Numbered from the stretch's first letter, positions 25,740 through 38,159 are shown. The stretch is DNA of 64,000 nucleotides from Eledone cirrhosa (GCA_964016885.1 OZ024743.1:245458001-245522000), one strand, 5' to 3'. Numbers and translations: made by a program. Notes: generated by a model from the letters alone, not told the origin.

Positions 25740-26418
25740 CACAATCTAAAATTCAGGCACAATGAGTGAGGGATGGAGCTGAGAAGACCAACACAACAAT
25801 GAATAATAAGAGAAGAGGGAGAAAAAAAGCATAACATCACAATCATGGCCCACCATCACCAGCAAGGAAATTACTGACATACTGAGAACTACAAGCAACT
25901 GGAAAACATGAATAAATATGGTTCCCGGATCCTGGCTGAAACACCCGACCAGCGGTATTCAATGAAAAGCTAAGACGATCAGAATCGATACCCCCAAAAT
26001 AATATACTTATAACCCTACCTAGCAACAATAATAAAGCCTTCGCATCCAAATTATACAGCTGGCTGGTTATACACCTGGAATATAACAATGTGTTACTCG
26101 AAGAACAAAGAGGGTGCCAGTAAGGAATGTATGATTGTAAAGAGCGGCTACTGGTGTATCAAGCAGTTATAGAAGGCTGAGAAAGAGGAAAACAAATCTT
26201 AGCATGACCTGGATTGACTAGCGAAAGGCATTTCACAGCATTCCACATTACTGGATACTGTGGAGTCATTCATCATGAACAAAGCAACCCCAACTACTGG
26301 AATATATACGGTATGCCATGACAAAATGAAAAACTGTCATATCATTAAAAAACAAAGAGCAGACAATTTAAACCATCAACATCACACCAATAAGAAGAGA
26401 AATATTCCAAAGAGATGA
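25740..26418 (+). pseudogene. Degraded RT fragment of an R4/Dong-like LINE
   Basis: Broken motifs EEQRGC, CKERLL, NLSMTWID*RKAFHSIPH, IRREIFQRD. Confidence 0.65.
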
Positions 26419-26926
26419 CAATGATGATGATCATGATGATAGTGATGATGGTAAGAATGATGAAGGTGGTGGTAATGACGATGATGGTGATAGTGGTGGT
26501 GAGGATGTTGATGATAATGACGTTGGTGATCTTCGTCGTGGATGTAATGATGGCGCTTAATGATGAAGACGATCATAGTAATGATGGTGATGATGATGAT
26601 GATGACCATGGTGATGAAGATGAGGATGGTGGTGGTGGTAGTGGTGGTGGTGGTGGTGGTGGTGGTGGTGGTGGTGATTGAGATGAGGATGATTATAATG
26701 ATGATGATAATGATACCGTCACTGCTACTACTACTACTGAGGCTGCTCTTGTTTTTTGTTTGTTTTTCCAGGAAAGCCAGAAAACCTGGAGAAGGAAATT
26801 AATAAGTGTTGAGCAGTATATAGCAAATGAAAGGATATCTCTGGATGTGGACTTTCCATCTGATTAAGTACAGTGTGTTGATGTAGAATCTGGTGACGTG
26901 ACTATACAGGAAATAAAACAAAATAC

Positions 26927-26982
<56 letters not shown>

Positions 26983-27620
26983 ACTGCATTGCCTACATAC
27001 TACATTATATACATACATACTACGTTACATACATACATACTACATTACGTACATACGTACATGAATTATATACATACACACACATATACATACATGCATT
27101 ATATACATACATACATGCGTACAGACATACATATAAACACACACATACATGCATGCGTTCGTACGTACATACATACATACATGATGGCTGCCTCCTCGTT
27201 ATTGAGTATGGCCATTGCACGATATACCATTATTAATAATTATTAATTAATTCTATCGTGCAATGCCTGTGCGTGAAGATATTTTTTAAAGTGAGGAAAG
27301 ACTGTGCACTGAGCCAATCCCACTCTCTGAGCGACAGTAGCTATAACCCGAAAAGAAGAAAAGATCAACATCATCGGTTACTACTGAGCCGCAGGTTTTA
27401 TATCGGAGTTATCCCAGTTTCCTGAGTTGCCTTCTCCTAGAAGAATGCGCTGACAAAGGCTAGGGGTCCTTCACTCCCAGTGGTTTAACCGCGGGATCGG
27501 CTGTCCAGCCCAACTATTTCTATGTCCCCGCGCATATACATACACATGCACCCATGTATATACACATATATATATATACATGCATATGTACATGTGAATA
27601 TATACATATTTACACACTTT

Positions 27621-27810
27621 TGGATGGCCGTTGACTCTTATAAGTCCTTCCGCGCTTTGTTAGGTTTTGTTTTTGTCCTGTAGGGTGTCCAAAATCACCC
27701 TCCTCACCAAGTAAACTTGGTGGGGTTGCCGGTTTAGTCGCCGACGACCCGACCATGCGACAGGTTGTACTGGGTTACATGTTATCAGTAGCACTCAAGA
27801 GTGACCCGAC
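27621..27810 (+). mobile_element. SINE or RTE-related repeat ending in (ACAT)n, possibly Ceph-SINE-like
   Basis: GC-rich ACCCTCCTCACCAAG..CTTGGTGGGGTTGCCGGTTTAGTCGCCG hairpin segment; family assignment from memory only. Confidence 0.35.
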
Positions 27811-27874
27811 ATACATACATACATACATACATACATACATACATACATACATACATACATACATACATACATAC

Positions 27875-29054
27875 TCGAAAACTTCTCAGTGTTACTGGGA
27901 ACTTTAACATCAATGGTGATGTGGATAGGCTATACTTCTCACGCAAGGAAGGTGGCCGGGGTCTAAAATCAATATTAACAACATATGAGACCCGGATAGT
28001 GACACTGAAGCAACATCTTCAACAGAGGAAAATGGTTGGCAACCATCTTGCCCAGGTTTATGACCATGAAAAAAGAAATATCATTAGAATAGCGACTGAT
28101 CTGGAGGAGAGATATGGAACAAAGCCCGATATAAATCTCTCACCCAGAGAAATCGGAAGATCCTATTCAATGTTCAAACAAGAAAAAAAAATTGACCAAT
28201 TTACAGAAAAAGTTGTGCATGGATACTTGAGGCGTAAAACACAGACCATAGAGGGGATAAACCACTCAAAAAGCCTGGCATGGAGTTCCGACAAGTTTAT
28301 GACATCACACCTTGAGGGATATCTCTATGCAATACAGGAACAAGAACTCCCTACCAAATATCTGCTGCACAAAAGAGGAGGGCCAGCAGCTGACAATAAA
28401 TGTAGGCTATGTAAAACAAAGATCGAGGATGTAAGCCACATTGTTGCCAGCTGCGAAAGAATGTCATCTCGCTACTACCTCCCCATGAGACACGATGGGA
28501 TAGCTAGAACCATCTGGAACGCACTTCGGAAAACAAAATTAACAACAAACGAGGAAGAATATATTGAGACAGATGGCACTAAGGAATACTGGTGGAACCT
28601 GAAAATAAAAACTGCCACCAGATTAAAGCACAACCGGCCTGATATTGTAGTTTGGGACCACACATTGAAAACGTGTTCTGTTGTGGAGATCAGCTGCCCA
28701 CTTGATGTAAACGTTGTCAGAAAAATACAGGAGAAGGAGGACATCTACGGACCATTGATGAGGAGTTTACAAATCCAGTATCCAAGATACACCTTTAGCT
28801 TCATACCCATCATTATTGGTGCTACGGGTTATATACCAACCCGCTTGGACCAAAGTATGACTGAACTTGGATTTGCGGACAAAAAGCGCAGCTCCCTAAT
28901 TCATAGTCTACAAATGGCTGCGATAGCTGGCACCTTCAAAATTTGCAAAACATTCTTGCGATTCAAGGGATGACAATTTCTTTTCTTTTACAACCTTGCC
29001 ACCAGGAAGGTGGCCGGTCAAAAAAATATACTCAAAATTAAGAGAAAGAGAAAA
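27875..29054 (+). mobile_element. 5'-truncated R4/Dong-like LINE (RT end, CCHC, restriction-like endonuclease) inside (TACA)n
   Basis: Open frame to 28973: RLYFSRKEGGRGL, CRLCKTKIEDVSHIVASC, RHD, NRPDIVVWD..VVEISCP; (TACA)n on both flanks. Confidence 0.9.
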
Positions 29055-29090
29055 CATACATACATACATACATACATACATACATACAGA

Positions 29091-29285
29091 CGAGGATAGG
29101 CTGAAAGGTTTGTAGGCTATCCAAGATACTCTCATGGAATGACCAAATGAGGTTTATTTTCCAACATAATTCCTGGAAAGAAACAATGTAGTTATTAATA
29201 AGAGTTGAAATTAATGCATGTAAGATTTCACGGCTCTAACATCACTCCTTCATAGTTAGCCTATCAACTTTTCAGCCGACCCTCG
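29091..29285. mobile_element. mariner-derived MITE
   Basis: Imperfect TIRs CGAGGATAGGCTGAAAGGTT / AACTTTTCAGCCGACCCTCG; TA on the right flank. Confidence 0.6.
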
Positions 29286-29959
29286 TACTTACATACATAC
29301 ATACATACATACATACACATACATACTTACATACATGCATACATACGATACAATAAAATACAATATAATACACACACATATACATATGTGTGTGTATGTG
29401 TATGTGCGTATACGAGTATGTGTGTGTGTGTGAGTGTATACGTGTGTGGTGGAGAATGTGAGCAATTAGCGATGAAAGAAGATACATCACTTCATGGAGA
29501 GTTTGAGACAGACATGATGAAAAGCTGATAACTGAGAATCTTGGTGTTTGTTGAACAAAGAATGACTGGAAGATTGGAAGATTTGGAGAGAAGCCATTGA
29601 TAGATAGATGACGCAGTTAATATAAGGCATCCACTAATCTACCTTGGCTTTGTGATGAGGGAGGGAGAGAATATATCATAGCTGGGTGTTATCTCAAAAA
29701 TGATTGAGTGAATACCCTAGTCTTTATAAGTTTCAGATGTAAAGGATTTTTTTCTTAAATTTAGAAAAAAATTTTTTTTCTTAAAAACATTTTTTTAGAA
29801 TTTCATAAATCTTTTAAAAAAATTATTTTAAAAAAGCGTTTTTTTTGCTATTCTAATTATTTAATGTTTAAAATGTTAGGGGCATAATAAAAGCAATGTA
29901 ATAGTAATTTATGGAAAAAAAATTAAAAGAAGCGAAAATGAAAAATAACAAATGCTGCC

Positions 29960-30385
29960 ATGACAGAATATGTTCCAATCTCAATTCCAGTCTGCAGCAA
30001 GCAGCTGACTGGGAGCTTTCTCAGTCATGTGAGCCGGGCAATGGTGGCCTTGGTGAGAAAAGGCCTGGACATGTGAGACGTAATAGAAGTTAAATATTTT
30101 AAAGAAGATACTCGTCAAGAGGTTGGCACTTGTCGTCGGTAGCGTAATCGGGGATGTGCAAACATGTGTGATGCCTAGCAGATCTATCTACAACAATCTC
30201 CATCTCATACGATACATTGTAGAACAGGTTGGGCTTAGGCCTGGCTTCGGCGGGGCACTGGTAAATCTAGACCAGTTCAAAGCTTTTGAAAGGATTAACC
30301 ATCGCTGCATGGAGGCTGTCGTAAGAGCAACCGGTTTCATTCCCATTTTCCGATGCTGAATCGCCACTGTTGCTGATACTATCTG
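29960..30385 (+). mobile_element. Tx1-like RT fragment
   Basis: VQTCVMPSRSIYNNLHLIRYIVE..GGALVNLDQFKAFERINHR. Confidence 0.8.
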
Positions 30386-32399
30386 CCGATCGTAACTCCT
30401 GGCATTTGGAATAAAGGATAAATAAACCTATATCTGTTTTTCGCATTTTTCTATCCGCCAAGCAAAATATAAGCAATTATTTGCCACAATAAACAGCGAT
30501 AAGTTACCTTTTAATTTTATCGCGCCTAGTACAACTAGCTTGCTCTGAAGGAAGTTGCTGTTACAGAAATGTTTTAGCAGTGTGTTCAACTACATTGCCA
30601 TTCTAACATAGAAATGTAGAAAGATACTATACAGCCGAAATTTTAGATTCTTTGTTTATTCTTATACCAGAAAATATTTAAGTTGAGTCTTCCGGATTTT
30701 GTAGACCCAAAACGGTTCCTCGGTTTTCAATTCGAGAATTAACTCTCCCAATATAAACTTAATCCACAAACAAAAAATGAAATATGTGAAATATGTAATT
30801 TTACATATTGCAAAATATTTTTTTATGAAAATGACGAGAGCATATCTAAAACAGACTTTCAATGGAAGCAACTACTTGGGTTGATGTTTCGAATATGATT
30901 TTATTTTGAATTAATGTTTCGTTGTATAAAGATTCGGCCGTAGAAAATTCGTTCAAAGAACTTTCTGATTTAGCATTGAAATTACTAATTTTATCGCATT
31001 CAACTGTTGGTGTGGAAAGACTTTTAATTTCGTGAATATTGTTCATTCAAAACTACACAATTATAAGAATTTAAAAGACTGAGAGAAATTTTATCCGTAA
31101 AATATGGTCTAAACTTTAGACTATATTTTACGGATAAAAATAAAATAAGTTTTTTTTTTCATCAAATTAAGAGTAAAAGTGGCCCATGGGTAAAAGAAAA
31201 AGGATGAGAACCACTGGTCTGAAGCATAAAGATAAATGCTGCTTTAGTTATAAATTACCAAATAATATATCTTACAAAAAAAAATAGGAACAATAGATAT
31301 CTTATTTTAAAATGTTTTAACAGAAACGTTTGAAGATCACCACTAGTTTTCCCAGGTTTTTGTTTTTATTTGCTTCTGTTTCTGTTGTTTAGCACCAGGC
31401 CTGTCCTTGTCCAGCCGACATACTTCCGATAGTGCCCACCACGTCGTTTATTCAGGCATAATGCACATAGGTCTCCATTATCTGAAAAATCCCGCCGAGG
31501 TTCACTTTGCCTTTCATCCTTACGAGGTCGATAAAATAAAGTACCAGTAATGTACTGGGTAATTGCTGGCCTTGTGCCAAAAGTAGAAACAATTATCTGA
31601 TATATGTTCTCGCAGTTAGCATTAATGGCTATAGTTGTCGTTTAGCTACAGGTCAGACATAACTGAGCAACTCATCACAGATCAAAGACACCCCAGGCAT
31701 GACCATCCTGTCATTCTCTCGAGCATTGTGTATTTATGACTGCTACATTATCCAATATAACCCCACTCAACCTTTAAGATGTTAAAGTGTAGTTTTTAGG
31801 AAAATTGTGCTGCTTTTTCTAGTAGGCCGAGCGTCTAAATAAAAATACCCTTGTTCGTATGTGATATTTTTCTTATGTAATTTCATGTGTCTGTAAAGTA
31901 GTATCAAAATGTAATGTGAAATTTTCTGGAAAACAATCAAGAAAAATTATAAAAGGTTTTCAATGATAACACAAGCTAAGTCACAGAAGACAAAAGAACT
32001 GGTATTATAGATGACGATAAAGAAAGAAAAATAAACAAATCTATACCCGGGGACCATCAAGTACATCAGAACATTCTTTTTTTTCTTTTATTGAATCTAG
32101 TCATTAGAATGTGGCGATAACGGTGAGCCACATTCAAGGAATTTAGTCAATCATATTGTTACGAAGGAGATTGTAAAGTCAATCATCAGCTGCAAATGGT
32201 ATCACTTGAATTCGAAACACTGCTCCCCAGATCTACAAACGAAAGCGAGGAAAAACGAACAACAGACCACTTGACTGATTTGAAGCATGATATACGGGTT
32301 TTTGTGTGTTTTACTGGAGGTAGACTATTTAAACTGGTGGAGTGGCCAATGCAGGGAGTTGGTGTGAGTTTGGTAGCGAAAGCAATTGGTCTGAAGTCG

Positions 32400-32748
32400 A
32401 TGGCGTGGTAAAAACAGTCGGTGTAAAGTTGATGATCGGTGGCGTGGTAAAGACAGTCAGTGTAAAGTTGGTGATCGGTGGCGTGGTAAAGACAGTCAGT
32501 GTAAAGTTGGTGAACAGTGGCGTGGTAAAGACAGTCAGTGTAAAGTTGGTGATCGGTGGCGTGGTGAAGACAGTCAGTGTAAAGTTGGTGAACAGTGGCG
32601 TGGTAAAGACAGTCAGTATAAAGTTGGTGATCGGTGGCGTGGTAAAGACAGTCAGTGTAAAGTTGGTGATCGGTGGCGTGGTAAAGACAGTCAGTGTAAA
32701 GTTGGTGATCGGTGGCGTGGTGAAGACAGTCAGTGTAAAGTTGGTGAT
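32400..32748. repeat. 39-bp minisatellite, about 9 units
   Basis: Unit GGCGTGGTAAAGACAGTCAGTGTAAAGTTGGTGATCGGT. Confidence 0.95.
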
Positions 32749-32836
32749 GTGAATTTGTCGACCTGCTAGATTATGACATACACACATTCATATATATATA
32801 TAAATAACAACAAAGAGCGCTTAGAACATAGGTATA

Positions 32837-32896
32837 TCTTTAATGGCTAACAGTGTTTCGTCCACACTAGAAGTTGGACTCTTCAGAGCATAAAGA
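32837..32896 (-). ncRNA. Minimal type I hammerhead (family D)
   Basis: GCT-CTGAAGA-GTCCA..TGGAC-GAAA-CACTG-TT^-AGC. Confidence 0.75.
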
Positions 32897-34196
32897 GTAA
32901 ATACAAAGTATACAAGCATTGACAAAGCCAAAACAGAAGAATATATGTGGGGATACCATAAGTTGGGAGGAGTTTAAGGAGTAAAGTAAAAGGAGCAAAA
33001 TAAGAGGAGTAAAATAAGAGGAGTAAAATAAAATAAACATAAAAATAAAAATAAGAATAAGATTAAGAATAAAAAAGAATAAGATTAAGAATAAAAATAA
33101 TAATAAAAATAATAATACTATTAAAAATAAAAATAAAAATAAAAATAAAAATAAAAATAAAAATAAAAATAAGAATGAAAAATGAAAAATGAAAATTTAT
33201 TTATTTTTTAATTATTTTTTATCTATTTTTTATCTACCTCTTATCTATTTTTTATCTATCTCTACCTCTTAACTTGTGCCCATCCGTCTATGATATGTTA
33301 TTTGTATTAGTGTATACTGTATGTGTTGCATACGGGTGCTTGTGTGTAGGTGTATGCGGGTGCTCATGCTTATGCATATAATTGTATGTAGCTGTATGTT
33401 AACGTAACCCTGCCCAACTGTGAGTGATAACATCTCTTATTTTTTATTATTTATTTTTTATTTTTTATTTTTTATTTTTTATTTTTTATTTTTTATTTTT
33501 TATTTTTTATTTTTTATTTTTTATTTTTTATTTTTTATTTTTTATTTTTTATTTTTTATTTTTTATTTTTTATTTTTTATTTTTTATTTTTTATTTTTTA
33601 TTTTTTATTTTTTATTTTTTATTTTTTATTTTATTTTTAATTTTTAATTTTTTATTTTTTATTTTTTATTTTTTATTTTTTATTTTTTATTTTTTATTTT
33701 TTATTTTTTATTTTTTAATTTTTAATTTTTAATTTTTTATTTTTTATTTTTTATTTATTTTTTTCTATTTTTTATTTTTTATTTTTTTAATTTTTAATTT
33801 TTATTTTTTATTTTTTTTTTTTTATTTTTTATTTTTTTTTTTATTTTTTTTTTATTATTTTTTTTTTATTTTTATTTATTTATTTATTTATTTTTTTTTT
33901 TTCATCTTTCATTTTTCATTTTTCATTCTTATTTTTATTTTTATTTTTATTTTTATTTTTATTTTTATTATTAATAGTATTATTTTTATTATTATTTTTA
34001 TTCTTAATCTTATTCTTTTTTTATTCTTAATCTTATTCTTATTTTTATTTTTATGTTTATTTTATTTTACTCCTCTTATTTTACTCCTCTTATTTTGCTC
34101 CTTTTACTTTACTCCTTAAACTCCTCCCAACTTATGGTATCCCCACATATATTCTTCTGTTTTGGCTTTGTCAATGCTTGTATACTTTGTATTTAC

Positions 34197-34256
34197 TCTT
34201 TATGCTCTGAAGAGTCCCACTTCTAGTGTGGACGAAACACTGTTAGCAATTAAAGA
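34197..34256 (+). ncRNA. Minimal type I hammerhead (family D)
   Basis: TGCT-CTGAAGA(34207-13)-GTCC..GGAC-GAAA(34234-37)-CACTG-TT^-AGCA. Confidence 0.8.
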
Positions 34257-34406
34257 TATACCTATGTTCTAAGCGCTCTTTGTTGTTAATTGTATTACGG
34301 CTCTGTCCTCTGACATTGAGCTAACCATATACTGCCTATTTGATAAGTGGAGTGTTACACACTCCCAATTCTCTCCCTTATATATATATATATATAAATG
34401 TATGTA

Positions 34407-34442
<36 letters not shown>

Positions 34443-34714
34443 CGACGGGCTTCTGCACAATTTCCGTCTACCAAATTTCACTCATGTGGTGTTAGTCAGC
34501 ATTATGATATAACAGAAGACACTTGCTCAAGATGTCATGCTATAGGACTGTACTTTAAACGACATGCTTGCAAAGTGAACTCCTTGATCACAAAGCTATA
34601 TCTGCAGAAATTATAATAATTCCCATCGACTTTTGAACAACTTAATAAATTCCAGATGACCTTTTTTTCGTGCTCAGTATATGAACCTTCTTGGATATTT
34701 GCCAACATTCCGCA

Positions 34715-35363
34715 TTGAAGGATACGTTTATCATCGAATTGAAAAATGGATTGTCTACAATAACATCAATCGAAAATAATCATGGTCCAAGCGTAACGAA
34801 CCAGCACAAACCACACCGAAAGTTGAATTGCATAAAAAAGGTCATGCTGTCAATTTGGTGAGATTACAAAGATGTATATTTTGAGCTGCTTCCAAGGAAC
34901 CAAACGATCAATTCAGATGTTTCCTCCCAACTAATGAAACTGGAAGAAACAATCATAGAAAAACGGCCAGAATTGGCAAATCGTAAAGGAATCGTGTTCC
35001 ACTATGACAATACTAGACTCCACACATCTGAAAAATTATTGGAGCTTGGTTGGGAAGTGATGTTACATCCACCATATAACCCTGGCCTTGCACCATCAGA
35101 TTACCATTTATTTAGAAGTTTGAAACATTCTTTGAATGGTGAAACTTTCAATAATGATGATGACTTGAAATCGCACTTGCTTCAGGTTTTGGCTGATAAG
35201 GACCAGAAGTTCTATGAGCGCTGAATCATGAAGTTGCCAGAAAGATAGCAAAAGGACATCGAACAAAATGGAAAATATATAATTGATTAGATTAAAGTTC
35301 ATTCTTTGTATGAAAAAAAATACTTTACACTAAAAAACCGAAATTACTTTCCTGCCAGCCCAA
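34715..35363 (+). mobile_element. 5'-truncated mariner relic (Hsmar1/mellifera-like)
   Basis: KVMLSIW, FHYDNTRLHT, HPPYNPGLAPSDYHLFRSL; right TIR AACCGAAATTACTTTCCTGCCAGCCCAA then TA. Confidence 0.88.
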
Positions 35364-35382
35364 TATATATATATATATATAT

Positions 35383-35567
35383 AACGAAGGAAGTGTGGCA
35401 AGGAACCAGATGGACTATAACGCACCAGAGTACTCAATACTTAGGGTAGTAGAGTGGGTAATAGGAAAATATTTAACCCCGATGGCAGAGCTCAAGCCGT
35501 TTCGACGGCTATTTCTGGAAATTGCCGTCGAAACAGCTTGTGCTCTGGCGTAGGGGTTAAACATTTT

Positions 35568-35572
<5 letters not shown>
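35383..35572 (-). mobile_element. PLE family B pLTR fragment folded back into a palindrome (35461-35572)
   Basis: Matches 47847-47983, then continues as its own reverse complement; (TA)n on both sides. Confidence 0.8.
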
Positions 35573-35611
<39 letters not shown>

Positions 35612-35616
<5 letters not shown>

Positions 35617-36602
35617 ATATTTGGGAAGTGTCATATTTTTATAATATTGCCAGAAATAACAACGGAACACACTCACTGTTTGGTTTGGGTTGGTTTTCGA
35701 TTCTGTATCTTTTATATCGCCATAGTTAATTTATCTGGCAATCAATGGTTATCATTGATTGACCAACGGTTAAAAATACAGTCATAAATATATATATATA
35801 GTCTATCAAAGTTCTTTCGTCACACATCTGTGACATCATCAGTGGTACTATTATGTTTCCTCCCGTTATATTGTAATACCTACGCCATTTTTATTTTATT
35901 TATTCATTTATTTATTCTTGTCTCTGTCTCAGTTTGCGCATGCGTTTGCGTGTGTATTTCATGTTTGGTGTGTGTCTGTTCGTATATGTGTTTTTGTTTT
36001 CTATCTTTGTTCACTAGTGTGTGTTTATATATGTTTGTTGTACGTGTGTATACATTTATTTATTTATATTTCCCTTAAGTCAGTATTGTTTGTTTGGGTA
36101 TGGTTGTTGTTATTCCATTCGTTCTTTCTGTTTAACTTTGTTTTGTTTTTTCGTTCTATCTCAGTTGATTCTCTGATTTACCTACCAGTTGAGTCATTTC
36201 TATGCTTAGATATTATTTTAATTTCTCTGTTGTCTATATTACCGTCATGTCTTTGTCTGGCGTGTTCATATAGTACTGAACCGTTTCTTTTGTCATTTTT
36301 AGTTCCCTCCAGTGTTGGTCTATTCTTTCTCCTATGCTTCGAACTGTCTCACCTATGTATGTCGTTGTCATGTTTCTGCAAGTGCCCTCTGTACATATTA
36401 TGCTATAGACTACATTTCTTGTTTTACAATTTATCTGGGGGTTCATTCTACATATAACACATTTCTTATTCGTAGAATGGATTTTCTTAAAGGGGTATGT
36501 ATGTTTTGCTGATCAGGGATTTTATGGCAGTTCCTGACTTTTCTACCACTTTAATCTGTAGAAGGGTCTTTCTTAGGGCCTTTCTACATTGCTTGGCTAA
36601 TT
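35612..36602 (-). mobile_element. PLE family E 3' fragment (GIY-YIG and pLTR)
   Basis: CKTRNVVYSIICTEGTC..YIGET; homologous to 50190-51230. Confidence 0.85.
35801..35848 (-). ncRNA. Minimal type I hammerhead (family E)
   Basis: CTGATGA-T-GTCACA/TGTGAC-GAAA-GAAC-TT^; stem I weak. Confidence 0.65.
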
Positions 36603-36971
36603 TCGTTATTATTTCGCTATTATTATGGTTAATATGAAATGGTTAATATTATTACAGTTAATATTATTACGGTTAATATTATTACGGTTAATACGAAAAG
36701 AATAACATTAAAAAAATTAAAGAACTTTACCAACAGAAACGTGTTAACGTAAAACAATAGCGTAAGGTCTTCAAAATTCTTTTAATTAAGCATACAGTGT
36801 ATTGCAAAATACACTATATATACATTCATATATATATCGCTATTTCAGAGCACCAATTCTAATTTTCAATTTTTGCTGAACCGGCAACCGCTCTGTATAA
36901 TCAGTTCCTGATTATTACTGGAATTCTATAAGAATCCAACATTCATAATTTTCAGCAGACAGGAAGAGTGC

Positions 36972-37020
36972 TGAGCTTTGATAAGTACCAACATATACGA
37001 AACAGAGCTCTGTCAGCTTA
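36972..37020 (+). ncRNA. Compact type I hammerhead with U3:A8 core (family I)
   Basis: TGAGCT-TTGATAA-GTA(CCAACATA)TAC-GAAA-CAGAGCTCTG-TC^-AGCTTA; all three stems pair; GUC site. Confidence 0.8.
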
Positions 37021-37145
37021 TCTCCCCTTGTTTACTGAAAATAGCAGTGACATTGTCACTACTTTAAAACAATAGCGTAAGGTGGTCTTCAAAATGCTTT
37101 TAATTAAGCATACAGTGTATTGCAAAATACACTATATATACATTC

Positions 37146-37389
37146 ATATATATATTTCAAAACTTTGGTACGCTTTCATCAGATAAAATACAAAGTTTGT
37201 TTAATAAATTTTGACATAACCAAGAAAAGATACCTTAACTGTTCAAGTTTTCCTTGGATCCTTCATTATCCAAGGAAAACTTGAACCGTTAAGGTATCTT
37301 TTCTTGGTTATGTCAAAATTTATAAAACAAACTTTGTATTTTATCTGATGAAAGCGTACCAAAGTTTTGGTACGCTTGAAATATATATA
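37146..37389. repeat. Fold-back inverted repeat of about 240 bp containing hammerhead family F
   Basis: Arms pair around a spacer near 37259-37268; the left arm lacks half of stem II. Confidence 0.88.
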
Positions 37390-37397
37390 ATAGAATA
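37337..37397 (+). ncRNA. Type I hammerhead (family F)
   Basis: TATTTTAT-CTGATGA-AAGCGTACCAA(AGTT)TTGGTACGCTT-GAA-ATATATAT-A^-ATAGAATA. Confidence 0.8.
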
Positions 37398-37436
37398 AAT
37401 ATGGTATTATAAATATAGTTTCCATTTATTTAATAT

Positions 37437-37518
<82 letters not shown>

Positions 37519-37520
37519 GA

Positions 37521-37621
37521 GTCCCTCATCAGTGATTTGCCAACGATCATAGATATTTCATTGCATTAAAAATCATATACCTCACGTTGGTGCAATAATA
37601 ACTAAATTAAGTTATTAGGAC
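37521..37621 (-). ncRNA. Non-circularly permuted hammerhead candidate (family G, variant 2)
   Basis: GTCC-TAATAACT/AGTTATTA-TTGCA-CCAACG-TG-AGGTAT-A^-TGATTT-TTAA-TGCAA-T-GAA-ATATCT-ATGAT-CGTTGG-C-AAATCA-CTGATGA-GGGAC. Confidence 0.75.
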
Positions 37622-38058
37622 AATTAAAACGCGTAAAGCGAGTGAGACAAGTAACAACAAAGAGGAAAGCTAACCGTAGATAGGAAGAGGCACAAGCTAC
37701 ATAGTTATTCTGTCAGAATAAGCTGGGTGAATATATGAGCGCGTAGAAAATAGACCTTTCGAGATGAATCCAAATGTAACGAAGAAGGAAATTGTTTTCG
37801 TCGCGAACGGGGTGAAGTGAGAAGGGGAGAAACAGTGAGTGAGTGAGTGAGTGAGTGGAAGTGTGAGGAAGAGGTCAGTAGAGAGAAAGTGTTAACTGAC
37901 ATGACAGAGGGGGCGAAAGAAAGTAAGAGAAACAGAGAGAACGAGGGAGCAGTAAGAGAGAGAGAGAGAAAAACAGAATCGCAGTTTAGGTAAATATATG
38001 TGAAAAAATGGGGAGAAGAATACTGCAGGTTGCACATGGATAACATGTTATAAAATGA

Positions 38059-38159
38059 GTCCCTCATCAGTGATTTGCCAACGATCATAGATATTTCATT
38101 GCATTAAAAATCATATACCTCACGTTGGTGCAATAATAACTAAATTAAGTTATTAGGAC
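38059..38159 (-). ncRNA. Non-circularly permuted hammerhead candidate (family G, duplicate of variant 2)
   Basis: Same sequence as 37521-37621. Confidence 0.75.

Larger units (their letters stand above)
32805..34380 (+). mobile_element. ORF-less PLE pLTR relic with an inverted partial copy (arms about 32805-33210 and 33885-34288)
   Basis: Near-perfect inverted arms of about 400 bp, each carrying a hammerhead; flanked by (TA)n. Confidence 0.7.

Noticed and set aside
26415-26740. Met/Asp/Gly/His-rich ORFs
   Set aside because: Degenerate (GAT)n and (GGT)n microsatellite.
30541-30580. TGCT-CTGAAGG..GAAA-TGTTTT-AGCA hammerhead-like motif
   Set aside because: A9 is altered, stems II and III do not pair convincingly, and there is only one copy.
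31089-31220. Hairpin of about 50 bp and an hAT-like end GAGAACCACTG
   Set aside because: No matching opposite TIR, TSD or recognisable transposase was found.
32329-32787. Repeat-protein ORFs on both strands, or a CRISPR-like array
   Set aside because: It is a 39-bp head-to-tail minisatellite with no unique spacers; the open frames follow from the unit length being a multiple of 3.
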